This document shows, piece by piece, positions 1 to 13,220 of a stretch of 64,000 nt of DNA. Positions within the stretch are counted from its first letter, which is position 1; each line of letters begins with the position of its first letter. Both the position numbers and the translations under genes were made by a program. The DNA comes from Vicugna vicugna (lineage: Eukaryota): the NCBI GenBank assembly GCA_013265495.1, contig MU058045.1:841986-905985 (forward strand), written 5' to 3'. A model generated the notes under the pieces. That model ran no database searches. It was not told the origin of the DNA and worked only from the letters and a program-made list of their open reading frames with translations.

Positions 1-84
1 AAGTATACATATGTGTATGCACTTAGACATATCCATGCATCCACATGTACATGTATGTGTACATGTATGTGCACACACACACAC
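1..84. repeat. Degenerate (TA/CA/TG)n low-complexity tract
   Basis: Alternating purine-pyrimidine sequence ending in (CA)n. Confidence 0.7.
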
Positions 85-485
85 GGCTATGTCCCGAACA
101 GACCACCAGATGGAGATATAAGCCAGCAGAAGGGGAGACTTCCTCAGACCTTCTCAATGTCCAGATTTTGACAGGTTAGGGTTTTTCTCCCCCGAGAGTG
201 AGGAGAGAATGTTGAGATAGCTTGCACTGCCCAACCCCGGAAGAGGAGTCGCTCTCTGTCCGTTCCTCTCTTTACTCTTCGCCCCCTCCCTCCGGGTCCC
301 TGCGAACCTGCCTGTCACTGTAAACCTCCTTGGTGCCTCTCCATAGACCTTTGCCCCACCCGCAAGCTGTGTATTCTTGTTTCTTTCTCCTCCTTTCGTC
401 TTCCTTCCTTGCCTTTTTCTGTCACGTTTTTCTCTTCCATTGCTCTTTTCCCCTGGAAAAAGATGTTTGATTTTGGCATTTCTTT

Positions 486-690
486 TCTTCTTTATTTTTT
501 TAAATTGATGTAGAGTCGGTTTACAATGTGTCAATTTCTGGTGTACAGCATAATGTTTCAGTCATCCATACACCTACGTATATTCCTTTTCATCTTCTTT
601 TTCATTTCTTTCTCTTTCTGGCTTACTTCACTTAGAATGACGATCTCCAGGGCCATCCACGTTGCTGCAAATGGCATTATTTTATTCTTT
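486..690 (-). mobile_element. Lineage-specific L1 3' end, 5'-truncated and internally deleted
   Basis: T-rich tail then aattgatgtagagtcggtttacaatgtgtc..., the same family as the copies at 43131 and 57513. Target-site duplication tttgattt(t/c)ggc(a/c)tttcttt at 466-485 and 691-710. Confidence 0.8.
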
Positions 691-999
691 TTTGATTTCG
701 GCCTTTCTTTCCTTCCCATGGATTAACTTTGGAAGAAGGGAAATGTTTTTAGTGCCTCTAATCGTCTCCACATAAGTTGTCTTTGCATTTGTGGGTCTTT
801 GCTGCTGTACTGTCTGCCCTCCACTAATTCCACACCCCTCCCTCCCTGGGGAAAAGACTCATCTTTAATGGGATTTAAAACAAGTTATCAACAAGGTGCC
901 TGCTCATTAGAACAAGTCAGGCCATCCTGTGGTATAACCCCAAGTTAATACCGTCTCCCCCTTTCTTTCCCTCCAGTCCCGTTCTCCTGAAGCAACCCG

Positions 1000-1620
1000 G
1001 GTTAACTTGCCCGCATTTGTCTGTGCTCACACAAATATTTACAAATACAGTTACACAGAGATGAGGTTTCCTTTCCTTTTTTTTTTTAATGAAAACAGGA
1101 TTTTACTATACAGATGACTCTGTAATTTACTTTTCTACATCTTATACGTGGGCATCCCTCCAAATCAATAGATCTAACTAAATTCTTTTCTATAGCTATG
1201 TTATTCCACACTATAAATAGGTGGTTATTTTTCCATCCACCGCCCGCTTGATGGATATGGGGATGTTTAGTTTTCTGCCATTACAAACAAGGCTGCGGTA
1301 AATATCCATAAAGAAAGTGGCTTCAATTTCTATAGGACATAGTCCCCTAAGTGGGGTTACTGGGGCAAAAGCACGGGTGTTCAAAGTGTAACAGCTCCGG
1401 CCGTGTCTGTTTCACGGAGTTGGAGCGCTTGACGTTTCCTCTGCCAACGTACGGGAGAGCTGACTGCTCTGCCGCGTAGCTGTCAGTGGGTGTCGCAGAA
1501 CTGGTTGGGTTTTGCTGATGTGATGGGTGAAAAGTGGTATCTTGTTTTGAATTGCAGTCCTTGGCTCCTGGGGTAGTTGTGACTTTTGATGGAGAAAATA
1601 AACAGATTTCTGCATGCATT
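1000..1620 (-). mobile_element. Old L1 (L1ME-like) fragment
   Basis: Contains gatggatatggggatgtttagttttctgccattacaaacaaggctgc and gtggtatcttgttttgaattgca, typical antisense L1M 3' sequence. Confidence 0.55.
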
Positions 1621-3966
1621 CGTTTTAAGTTATACAGCCCCTTTGGGAATTGAAAAAGGGAAAAAAAAATCCAGGCCGTGAATAAGCCTGGAAGAAAGAG
1701 GGGTTACCGATACACACTGTATTGTAAGTTAGTTGATTTTTTTAAGACCTCTGTAATACTTTCCACCTTGTGCTTTTTAGAAGTAAAAATTGTAAAGAAA
1801 CTGGAAAAAATATTTTCTGGCTGATGAAAAAGAGAAGATTTTCTGTTCCTCCCCCTCTTCTCTGTTTACCAAGTACTTTTCAAAGACATTATTTTTTTTT
1901 TGACCCTCATAATAATCTTCAAGGTTGGCAGAGAAGGGGTTACTTTTTAGGTTTGCAGGTGAGACTGTCGCTGTGTCCGCGATGGATTAGTGCCAGAAAA
2001 AGAAGCAGAGCGCGTCTTCCCCTCCTTGGCCGTGGGTTGGGTTTCTCAGGCGTTCCTCTGAATTTTGGTTCCTCGAGGACCCTCATCAGTTCTTCCTCAC
2101 GGGCTTTGAGTCCTTTGCCCTCCTCCTGTTCCTCACACCCCGTCGACGGCATTATCCACTTCCATTCGGTCCAGCCGAGGAGTGCGAACGTTGCACGGGT
2201 AATTCCGTGCACGAAACGAAGGCTTTAGGGTTAGAAAACCTGGGTTTGAATTTTGACTTCATTTCGTTTTCTGTAAAATGCAGACAATCGTGACTCCTCA
2301 AAATGATGTGATGTTCAAAATGCTATGATGAATATGATCCTAATTTTGTAGTACACTTCTATCATATCTTTCTATAGACATTGTGTATACAGCATATATA
2401 TTAGAACAAACATTAATAGTGGCTTAGATGGTTAGGCTTCAGGACTTTGGGGAGTGCGAGTTTCCTCCTTTAAACTTGTATTTATTTTCCATATTCTCAG
2501 GAAGAAAGTCACTTTCTTAGAAAATAATTTTCTACATGTAGGGGTGTCCACATCCAGTGGCATACTTGGTTGTTTAGTAACTGCCTCTCTCCCTGGCTTA
2601 CACATTCTGTGTGTGCAGGAATGAGAATTCTGCCTCGTTCTCTGCTGTCCCCTCACTCTTCCCAGCACCTGGAACAATATGTAGAACAAAGTAGATGCTT
2701 ATCAAGTATTTGTTCCAAAGTGCTGTTGAGCAAATGAATATAGCTATTAAAAAAGCATTGTGAAGTTCAGATGAGATAATACATGTGAAGGGGCATATCC
2801 ATGCCTTTGTAAAGTGCCTTATAAACGTTCCAGAACACTTGCTGTCACTGATCGTAGCAGAGGGGAGTCCAGGAGTGGTGTGTCTTTTTATCCTGCCCAA
2901 AACAACGAGAGATCGGTACATGATGGCTTATAAGTAAGTGCCGAATTCTGTGGCACGGGCCGTGAGTGGTCGGGGAGATCCGTGGGAGGTGGAGGAAGTT
3001 GAGAAGACCCTGCAGCAAGTGAGACTTGAGATCGCCCTTGTGGAGTGAGTGGAATTTGTCCCCCACATGGTTTCCCTCTTTCTTTAACCTTCCACTTTCT
3101 AGACCTGTGTTTTCCATACCAGTCTGCATTTTGGTTCCCAGCTGGTTGCGTAAAAATCACCCAAGGGAGCCTACAGATTCCTGGGCCCTGCCCTCAGAGG
3201 GAGAGGACGCCATGGTTAAAAGCATGGGTGCCCATATCATTGAGTTTTTAGATATGAATTTGATGAATTGGTAAGAAGCAAGGTTACTGAGGTGGAAATG
3301 ATGACTGTACGGGCGGTTGTTGGCCTTTGTGCGTCTTGAGTGTGTGTACATTATTCATTGACACCCTTCAGCAGTCTTTTAATGCCAAATTTGGACTTTT
3401 GTACATCAGTTGACAAATATAAAATTCTGCTCCCATAGAATTTTTAACACTGTAGAGCTTAAACATTGTGGTGTTTAATTTTCCCTGCCAGCCAATAATT
3501 TCATTTTAGTAGACTTGCATCAGATGTCCAGAGAGCAGTGTTAATTTGCACAATTAGCTGAATATCTTAATGCATCTTATCTTTATTTTATGATGAGCGA
3601 GAATGGAAATGAATACAATAAAGGGGAAGACAGTGGAGTTGAGACAGAGATGGAAATCACGGGGCAAGCCTGATGCCTAAATGCAATTTGTCAGCCTCAG
3701 GTGGGGTCTCATTGGATTTGTCATCTAAGTGTGTTTAGTTGTGAAGAACAAAGTGAAAGGAGATGTCAAGCATTTGTTACTGCAAATGGTCCAAAAGGCA
3801 CAACAGAAACTCCCTCATATTATGTAAGCATCTTGTTGACTTTCGCTCTTTCTGTTTCTAAACGTGTTTTGAAGACTGCATTGTGTAATAAAGTAAGGAG
3901 CTGCTTGCAGTAAACGGTAATGATTGGATTGCTTGATGTTTATTTTTGTAGTTGAACTTTAATTGC

Positions 3967-3985
3967 TAGCCAGCAGATGGCGCTC
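3967..3985 (+). promoter_or_regulatory. Candidate CTCF binding site
   Basis: TAGCCAGCAGATGGCGCTC closely matches the CTCF core CCASYAGRKGGCRS and lies in non-repetitive sequence. Confidence 0.6.
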
Positions 3986-4370
3986 AGTCACCATAAACGT
4001 GGCAGAGCGGCTAACTCATCTTTCACTTAGAATCTTTAGGTTTTTGTATATTACCTCTTCCTGCCCTCCTACTTTTCTGGCACCATGACAGTCACACTTA
4101 AGGTAAAGAATTGTTCCTTTTGGCTTTATTTGCTTGATTTTAGATTGCCTGGTTGACTCAAGAATAGCACACAGAGATTTACCAAATTCAGGTCAGAGGC
4201 CAAAATAGTGACTTCTCATGGCCTTTTCCGCCCTGCATTTCTGTTCTTCTGTGAGCTGCTTTGTTAAGTTTTAAATTTAACACTAAAGCTTTTTGTTGGT
4301 ACATCTGGCCATCAATGAATAGGGGAAAAAATGAGATTGGTTGAAAATTATTTGATTGTGATAGATTTTA

Positions 4371-4531
4371 TTTTTTTTAAATTTATTTGTTTTATTTATT
4401 TTTCGAAGGAGGGAAATAATGCGGTTTATTAATTTATTTACTAAATTTTTTTAATGGAGATACTGGGGATTGAACCCAGGACCTTGTGCATGCTAGGCAT
4501 GTGCTCTACCACTGAGCTATACCATCCCCCC
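4371..4531 (-). mobile_element. tRNA-Ala-derived SINE (Vic-1-like)
   Basis: Reverse complement of ggtatagctcagtggtagagcacatgcctagcatgcacaaggtcctgggttcaatcccc plus AT-rich tail. 18-bp TSD tgattgtg(a/g)tagatttta at 4353-4370 and 4532-4549. Confidence 0.9.
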
Positions 4532-6299
4532 TGATTGTGGTAGATTTTAAAGATGCTATGGCAAGACTTTTCTTGGATGATATGTAAGAGATTTTCCTTG
4601 TTTGAGTTCTTAGTGTTCTGGACTGAAACACAATAAAGACTATTGATTCAATTTAACAGCAACAACAGAATTATTTTGAGTATTTACTTTGCAAAAGGCA
4701 CAGTGTTAGGCATTTTTGTCCCTGGAGTACCAGCTCCCCGAGCTCAGATATTTGTCTCTTGTTGATTTCCAAGCCCCTGGATTAGGGCTGTCACAGAGAA
4801 GGCACTCAGTAAGTATTTGCAGGAAGGATGGATCAAATAGGTGGATGGAATACAGAAAAAGGATTAGACAGAGTACTAGACTTAAAGAAGTGAGCTGTCT
4901 GTAAATATGCACGAAATAGCCGTAGGTCCACAGATTGTGACCTTGAAGGAGCAGTTTTACCTTGGGTTTGTTATTGGGAGCTATGTTGAAATTGGAGAAA
5001 ATCCCGAAAGGAAATGAAAGATTTCCCAAAGTTGTGTCAGTTCTCCGAGTCACCCAGTTTGGAAATCTTTGTGCACTATATCCATTCTGTTCCCCAACAC
5101 TGGAGCTTTCCTTTGACTTGCCCTTCCTCACTGTTCTGTCTCGTCACGTCCCTCACCCAGACTCCCATCACCTTCTGCCTGAAGCGCACTAGCCTTCTGG
5201 TCTACCTCCCTGACTGCGGCGTCTCCCCAGTGTAATCCAGTCTGGATGGATATTGTTGCCAGATTTTTGCCTCTAAAGAATTTATGTCAAAGAAACTATT
5301 TCTGATTGAAGTTTGAGCCTCTGTGCATGTTTTTATTCATGGAAAGAAACTACCCAAAAAAGTTTTGAGGAAGGAATTACTCTTTCATACCACGGCAGCC
5401 TTTTCACATCTACAGGCAAGTCTAGTTACAAAGCTTTGCAGACTCAATTCAGTTCTCTGACACCCCAGAAATGTCTCTAGTCCTAACTGCCAACCTCTCT
5501 GTGGTCTGTGAATACTCAAACACGGATGTTTTTTCCGACAAAACAAACATTTTACATAGTCACTTTGACGTCTTTTTAAAATGCTAAGAAAAGCTACTTC
5601 TTGGAATTCGTTGCTTTTTCAATTCTGTATTCAGTTGATAAGAATTCAGTTCACTTTCCCTCTGGTTAACTCTAACCAGCTTCAGCCACATTTGTCAGCA
5701 GAAAAACATGGATTATCTTCCTCTCCCCAGTATTATAATTCAATAATGTGCATCATTTGTTTTGGGGAATGAAAATGAAATATTTTTATATTGTCAGAAG
5801 TGACCGAAACTTTTTGGAAAAATCTTGGTAAATCCAACCTGTTTAGTAACATGGCATTTATTTGATAAGTTCCATTTATTAGATAAGTTCCATCTTGAAA
5901 GAATATGGATAAAATGATGATTTTTTTTAAAACATTGCAAGTTGACCCTCACCTCTGAAGCAGAATATTTAGCTTTTAGCAGAGTATTTAGTATTTAGCG
6001 TTGCCTTCCTTTTGCTTACTTTTCAAAGGAGAAACACTCCTTCATTGTCTTTCCAAAAGCGGGCTTGAGCTGCAAGGCGTTCTAGGGAGGGAATTCCCCT
6101 TCAAGTAAGTTTCTCTCCACCTGCTTGACAACATCAGCCTTTGCTGTAAACTGTTTGAAGGCAGGTAGCAGTTGATTAAGTTTTCTTCCACCTTTTAAAT
6201 AAAGAAAAAACAAATCAGATGCTCCGCTCATTTCGTCTCTCTTGCTGCGAAAGCCCAGTGGTTTTCCTAGCTCTGTTTCAGAAGCACGTACTGAAGGCT

Positions 6300-7260
6300 T
6301 ACTCACCAGCATACTCCGAGGAACTGTTTTTCTGGTGCTTGGGATATAAACATGACTGTCCTGTGGCCTCTTCCCTTAGAGGGCTCATAACTTAGGAAGG
6401 GAGACAGATGAGTAAATAACTAACTACAACCCTGCTTGATCAATGCCACATTGGAGGTTTTGAACAAAGTGCCCTGGGAGCACCAGGGAGTGATTGATGC
6501 AAGGGAAGGGGGGTGGGGATGGGAATCAGGAAAGACTAAACAGCAGAAGTGACATCTGACTTGAGCCTTAGGGGATGAAGAGAATTTTGCCAGATGGACA
6601 AAGGGGTGGGGGTGGGGACCCTCCAGACTCATACAAAAACATGAGAGTGTGAAAGTTTGTGCCTTTGTCTGAGAAGTGGTGAGCTGTCCGTAGGGCTGAA
6701 GGAAGAGTGGGGTATGGAAGGGGGTACTGGGAGGTGACGTTGCAGAGATCACTGGGGCCATGTTGGAAAGCTTCAGCTTGATCCAGAGCTTCTGGGGAGT
6801 CAGAAGTTTTAAAGTAGGGGGGATGTCTGTTTTAGAAAGATAGTTCTGGCCCCTGAGGATCAGATGATCTGAATGGGCACAAGGGGCCCGGTCAGAGGCA
6901 GGGACCATCTTCTGCACGAGAGATGACGAGGTTCTGAGCTGAGGCAGCACCGGCGGGGATGGAAGTGGGGCGTGAGCTTGAGAACCACCTCTGAGGGAGG
7001 CCGTGGCGATGGATGAGACGTGGCAAAGGGTCGTTGGGGTGAGGGGAGGAAGCACGGAAGAAAGGTTTGGACGACTTGGGAAACGGGTGCTGCTAACGGA
7101 AATAGAGAGGAGAGGAGAAGCAACACTTACGGGGTGAAAGCAGTGAATTCGATTTTGGATGTGTCGGGTTTGGAATGGAGTTCGCAGCTGAAGTTCCCAG
7201 AGGGAAAAGCCTTAAATGCAGACAGGGAGCCGGAACGATGGGTAGAGAGAAATTTGACAG
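6300..7260 (-). mobile_element. L2 LINE fragment
   Basis: Purine-rich L2-type sequence (gggagacagatgagtaaataa, gaagtgacatctgacttgagcc, ttttgccagatggac). Confidence 0.65.
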
Positions 7261-8412
7261 TCAGTGATTTTCCAAATCAGGGTGAGGTGGGGAGATAGGG
7301 GACGTGCCCTGCCTGGATTTTGTTGTGTTTTTTGAATAAATTATTCTTTTATTTAACCCCCAGCAGCCCTCGGTGGCAGAAACTGCTCTCTGTGTGTTGC
7401 TGGTAGGTGGAAGAGCCAGGATTTGGGCTTCTGCCCACGGCTACTCACTCCATGTTGGCGAGCAGAGTCTGGTCCAGTCCAGGGTGGTTTCAGTTCCTGC
7501 CTCTGTCTAGTAGACACGAGGGTTATCTTTATAAAAGGTTAAGCAGTAGGGTAGCGGCCATTTCTGGACAACACGGGAAATGTGAAAAGGGCTCTCCAAA
7601 AATTACCAAAAAAATGGAACCATGAGCGAATACATGTAAATCGCCTGGAGCCATGCTTGCACGTAGGGGTGCTGACCGCCCGTTAAGTCGTGTTGTTTCT
7701 GCTGCTGCTGCTGTCATGTCACCATCGTCCTTACCGTCACTTTAAAATGAGTCCTGTGAACCATGCTGTAAAGTGAGTGACTGTTCACATCTGAGACGGT
7801 TTCCTCAAGGTGATCCCTGCAGCTTGGACAGAAAGTGGGCGGGTGGAGACCCGAGAGGAGATACTCGAGATGAGACTTGTTCTGTAATCACAGGACTGGG
7901 GCTGAGAATGTGTGTCCCCTGTCCCTCAGCCAGCAAGGAGTCCAGTGTGTCTGGTGCAGAAGGGGCATGTGTGTTGCAAGAGAGTAAAGATTAAGATTGA
8001 TACTTCAGGATTTATCTTATAAATGTTACATTATATTCATAAAATTGGTTTTGAAACCCTGCATGGGTTTCTATCTGCGAGCAGCCATACCCTTTAATAA
8101 GAAATTAAATGCTCATTTTTTTCAATGCCGTAACCTGTAGTTAGAACATTGCATCTTCCTGAGAATTAGTATTTGTGCCTTGGGTGCCACGTAGCCTGTG
8201 ACAGGCTGGAATTCTCCTGGGGGCCAGCCTTATGCATCCTTGCGTCTCTTCCAGCACTGAATGCAGCTGCTGGCATCCACGAAGGAAGCGATAAATTGTG
8301 GTCGAACTGAATTTTCAAAGCCTGCGAAGCCGGCCACCTCCGCACTTGTGGGAATGATTTGCAGCAGAGCTGTATTTTTTGAGTTATGTAACGCATTTAA
8401 TCTTGTTCTTAG

Positions 8413-8537
8413 GTCCAGCCTGATGACTGGAGGGGCTAAGCGAGGAGTCCCCAACCCTTGGCTTTTCGAGGAGCCGGAGGAGACCAGAGGCTTGGGTTTT
8501 GATGAAATCCGGCAACAGCAGCAGAAAATTATCCAAG
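8413..8537 (+). CDS. STX8: Syntaxin-8 internal coding exon (125 bp; probably exon 5), linker into the SNARE motif
   Basis: Acceptor tcttgttcttAG (AG at 8411-8412), donor AAG|GTaccg at 8538. Encodes (R)SSLMTGGAKRGVPNPWLFEEPEETRGLGFDEIRQQQQKIIQ(E), matching recalled human STX8 SSLMSEEAKRGAPNPWLFEEPEETRGLGFDEIRQQQQKIIQE. Joins the next exon in frame (G|AA = Glu). Confidence 0.97.
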
Positions 8538-9795
8538 GTACCGAATATACCAAGAGTGCGGGCTGAGAAACCGTGTCAGAGAGGACCACAGTCTTGCATG
8601 TTCCTTCTACCCACTGAAAATGGGAGGGAACCCTGGCAGTCCTTTAGAGCTCTTGGTGATTTGTGCCTCAGGGTGCCTAAGACAGACAGGTGCTGTTATC
8701 CATTGAGGTCGCTCGTGGAAGTAGGGATTCTCTGCCGGGAGAGGGAGAGAGCCGGCAGCTCTGAGTCCCATCACCCCGGTGACTCCGAGGCATGTGACCC
8801 CTTACTTTTCTCCACGATTGGGAATCATTCTCCAAAGAAAAGCCTCCATCTTTCTCTTGTGTAGAATTAGTCAGTTTGGCTCTTACCTTCAAGTTCATCT
8901 TGCCCATTGGCTTTTAAACCTGCTAATTTCTTCTATTTTTAATTTCGGAAGTAATGCATGATTGTTACATAAAGTTTAAACAATATCAGGATATATAAAA
9001 GGAAATCTGTCTGTATTGTTTCTCCAATCTCAAACCATAAACAGATTAATAATATATATTTTCTCAGGCTTTTTTCTCTGCATGTACATACATTACTGTA
9101 CATTCAGTATAAGTATATATATATTTTACGTAAGTGGGATCATGATACAGATAATTCCACGAGATTTTTTTTTTAAACTTGTGCCATAGACATTTTTTGA
9201 TGTCAGTGTTACAGGCGTTATTCTTTCTAATTCTGCTTTTTAAAAAAGCCTTGTGGAGGTATAGTTGACATCGTAAGTAGCACACATGTCAAGTGTGTGA
9301 TTCAGTGAGCTTTGACGTACGTACACGCCTGTGAAACCCTCACTGCAATCATAATAATAAACATAACCATTACTCCCAACAGTGTTCTTCACGTCCCTTT
9401 GTAAATCTTACAGTGGTCTCTCCCACATCCCCAGATAGCTGCTGACCTGCTTTCTGTTGCTATAAATTAGTTTCTGTTTTCTATAATTCTGTATAAATGG
9501 GATGGTGCAGTTTGGAGGGGGAGGAAGTCTGTAGTTATTTAAATGCAGTTATTTAAATATTCTTCCATGGTGTTCCATGGGCCAGTATTTCCTTCTCTTA
9601 CATTATAGTATCCCTTGTATAAATTGACCACAATCTGTATATCCGTTCACCTGTTGATGCATATTTTGCTATTATGTATAGAACTGCTGTGAGCATTCAT
9701 GTGCAAGTCTTTGTATGGTCATACGTTTTCATTTTTCTTAGGTAAATACTTAGCAGTGGAATGACTGCATCATCTAATAGTTATACATTTAACTT

Positions 9796-9959
9796 TTTTT
9801 TTCTTTAATATAATTCTGTTTCTTTCTTTTTTTTTTTTTCCACTGTATCATATTGGCGGGGGAGGATAATTAGGTTTATTTAATGGAGGCACTGGGGATT
9901 GAACCCAGGACCTTGTGCATGCTAAGCATGTGCTCTACCACGGAGCTATACCCTTCCCA
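9796..9959 (-). mobile_element. tRNA-Ala-derived SINE (Vic-1-like) nested in L1
   Basis: ggggattgaacccaggaccttgtgcatgctaagcatgtgctctaccacggagctataccc; flanked by the short repeat tttaactt. Confidence 0.85.
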
Positions 9960-12639
9960 CCATGTTTAACTTCTAAAGAAACTGGCAAACTAGTTTCAAA
10001 GGTGACTGTACAATTTTAACATCACCGCCGGAAGAACTTCTGTGTTCTAATTGCTTCAGATCTTCACCAAAGCTTATTATAGAAAGTCTTGTTAATTTTA
10101 GACAGGTGGGTAGTTGCATTTCATTGTGGTTTTAATATGTATCTCCCTCATGACCAGTGAATCTGGGCATGTACTTATTTGTCATCAGCATGTCTTCTTT
10201 GATGAAGTGTTTATTCAAATTGTTGGTCTGTTTTTAATTCAGTTGTTTGTCTTTTATTACTGAGTTACAAGAATTTTAAAAAGTAAACCCTTTTATATGT
10301 CATTTTTCAGAGATATATATATGTGTTTTACAAATATTTCCTCCCCATCTATGGCTTGTATTTTTCATTCTCTTAACGATATCCTTTAAAGAGCAGAACT
10401 CCTTAATTTTAATGAACTCCAGTTAGAGATCTTTGATTACCTAAACCCACAAAGATTTGCTGCTTTATTTTTTCTAGAACTTTTATAGTTTTAGGTTTTA
10501 CATTAGATCTACGATCTACTTTGAATTGGTTTTTTATATAGCAAGGTGTAAATAGAAATTCAAAAAAAATCTTTTTTTTTTTTTTTGCATTTGAATATCT
10601 GTTTGTTCCTACACCGTTTGGCGGTGAGGGGTAAGTCTCTACTGACTTACTCTGCTATTGTCAGAAATCCATTGACCATATATGTTGTGGGCCTACTTCT
10701 GGTCTCCCCCTCAGTTCCATTTGTCCATTTTTTTATCTTTACATCAGTGACATACTGTCTCCATTGTTGTACCTTTGCCGTAAGTCTTTATATCAGGTAG
10801 TCTAGGTCTTCCAACTTTGTTCTTTTTCAAAAATGTTACTGGCCATTCTAGATCTTTTGCATCTCCATATGAATTTTGGAATCTGCTTTTAATTTCTACA
10901 AAAAAGCCTCCTGGAATTTTGATTGAGATTACAGTGCACCTTTAGATTAATTTGAGGAGAATTGACATCTTAACAATATTGAGTCTTCTGATCCATGAAT
11001 ATGGTATATCTCTCCATTTATTTAGATCATCTTTAATTTTTCTTAACAATGTTTTGTAGTTTCTTCTGTGCGCGTCTCTACATCTTTTGTCATATTCATT
11101 CCGAAGTATTTCATATTTTTAAATTCTCTTATTAATAGCATTTAAAAATTTCTATTTCTGATTGTGGCTACTATATAAAAATACAATTGGTTTTCATATA
11201 TTGATCTGGGACCATGTGGCCTTGCTAAATTCACTAATTTATTAACAGCTTTCTTGTAGAATCTGTAGGGTTTTCTATACAAATGGTCATGCCATCTATG
11301 GATAAAGATAGTTTTACTTTTTAAAAAACAATTTCATTTTTCAGAGCAGTTTTAAGTCAACAGCAAAATTTAGGGGAAGGTCCAGAGAGTTCCCATATAA
11401 CCCCTTTCCCCACACATGCATAGTCTTCCCCCATTATCAACATCTCCCACCAGAATGGTAGACTTGTTAGGATTAATTAACCTACATTGACATCATAATC
11501 ACACAAAGTCCGTAGTTTATTTTAGGGTTTACTCTTGGTGGTGTGCATTCTGTGGTTTGGACAAATATATAATGACATATATCCATCATTAGAGTATTAT
11601 ACAGAATATTTCCACTTCCCTAAAAATCTGTGCCCTGCCTGTTTATCCCTTCCTCATCTCTCAACTCTTGGCAATCTCTGATCTTTTTATCATCTCCATA
11701 GTTTTGCTTTTTCCAGAGTGTCAAGTGATTGGAATCATACAGTATGTAGACTTTTCAGATTGGGTTCTTTCACTTAGTAATATGCATTTAAGTTTCCTTC
11801 ATGCTTTTTCAAGGCTTGTTAGTTCATTTCATTTTAGCACTGAAGAATTTTCGATTATCTGGATGTACCAAGTTTATCCATTCACCTTCTGAAAGGCATC
11901 TTGGTTGCTTCTGTGTTTTGGCAGTTGTGAAAAAGCTGCTGTAAACATTTGTGTGCAGGTTTTTCTGTGCATGTAAGTTTCCAACTCTTTGGGTAAACAC
12001 CAAGGAGTGTAGTTGCTGGATCGTATGGTAAGAATATGTTTAGTTTTGTAAGAAATCACCAAACTATCTTCCAGAGTGGCTGTACCATTAGGCATTCCTA
12101 CCAGCAAAGAATGAGGGTTCCTGTTGCTCTGTGTTCTTGTCAGCATTTGATGTCAGTTTCCAGGTTTTGGCTACTCTAATAGATGTGTAGTGGTATCTTG
12201 CTGTTTTAATTTGCATCTCTCTCATAGCATATGATACGGAGCATCTTTTCAAATGCTTATTTGCCATCTGTATGCCTTCTTTGGTGAGGTCTGTTAAGAT
12301 CTTTGGTCCATTAAGACTTTTTTGTATGTTTTAGATAACACTCCTTTATTAGATATATTTTTTGCAAGTCTATATAGCATGTTTTCTCATTTTCTTGACA
12401 GTGTCTTTCACGGAACAGAAGTTTTAAATTTTAATGAAATCCAGCTTATCAATTATTTCTTTCATGGATTATGCCTTTGGTGTTGTACCTAAAAAGTCCT
12501 TGCTAGACTTCTAGTTCCTTGTTTTGTGTGTAAGGACCTTGGAAGTCACCACTCCATCCTAACAATCAGTAATAATCTGCACCCAGCCACCTTCATGATT
12601 TGTCAAGTTATTTACAGATCAATACATATTTAATTTTAA

Positions 12640-13220
12640 AAAATTTTTAATTGAAGTATAATTGATTTACAATGTTGTGTTCGTTTCAGGTATACATCAA
12701 AGTGATTCAGATATGTATAGATATTTATTTACTCCTTTTCAGATTCTTTTCCGTTATATTTTATTACAAGAAATTGAATATAGTTCCCTGTGTTATACAG
12801 TAGATCTTTGCTGTTTATTTTATATATAGTAAAATGTCTTTTTTTTTTAAGTTTAGTGTATCTTTTTAAAATTCTTTTTTGAGGGGGAGGTAATTGGGTT
12901 GGTTTATTTAGTTTTGGAGGAAGTACTGGGGATTGAACACAGGACGCTGTGCATGCTAAGCATGTGTTCTACCCCTGGAGCTATACCCTGCCCCATAAAA
13001 TGTGTCTGTTAATGCCCACCCCCTAATTTATCCCTCCCCGCTCTTTCCCCTCTGGTAACCATAGTTTGTTTTCTGTGTCTGTGAGTCTGTTTTTGGTTTG
13101 TAAATAAAATTTGTATCTTTTTTTTTTTTTTTAGATTCCACATGTAAGTGATATCATATGCTTTGTCTTTCTGACTTCCTTCCCTCAATATGATAATCTC
13201 TAGGTCCATCCATGTTGCTC
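12640..13220 (-). mobile_element. Lineage-specific L1 3' end interrupted by a SINE
   Basis: ttaattgaagtataattgatttacaatgttgtg ... tctctaggtccatccatgttgct; minus-strand peptide MDLEIIILREGSQK resembles the L1 ORF2 C-terminus. Confidence 0.85.
12840..12994 (-). mobile_element. tRNA-Ala-derived SINE (Vic-1-like)
   Basis: tRNA-like head on the minus strand; taaaatgt repeated on both sides. Confidence 0.85.

Noticed and set aside
6420..7055. 211-aa minus-strand ORF
   Set aside because: It lies within a decayed L2 and has no recognisable protein motifs.
8261..8566. 101-aa ORF as a stand-alone gene
   Set aside because: Only 8413-8537 matches STX8; the rest is intronic read-through beyond canonical splice sites.
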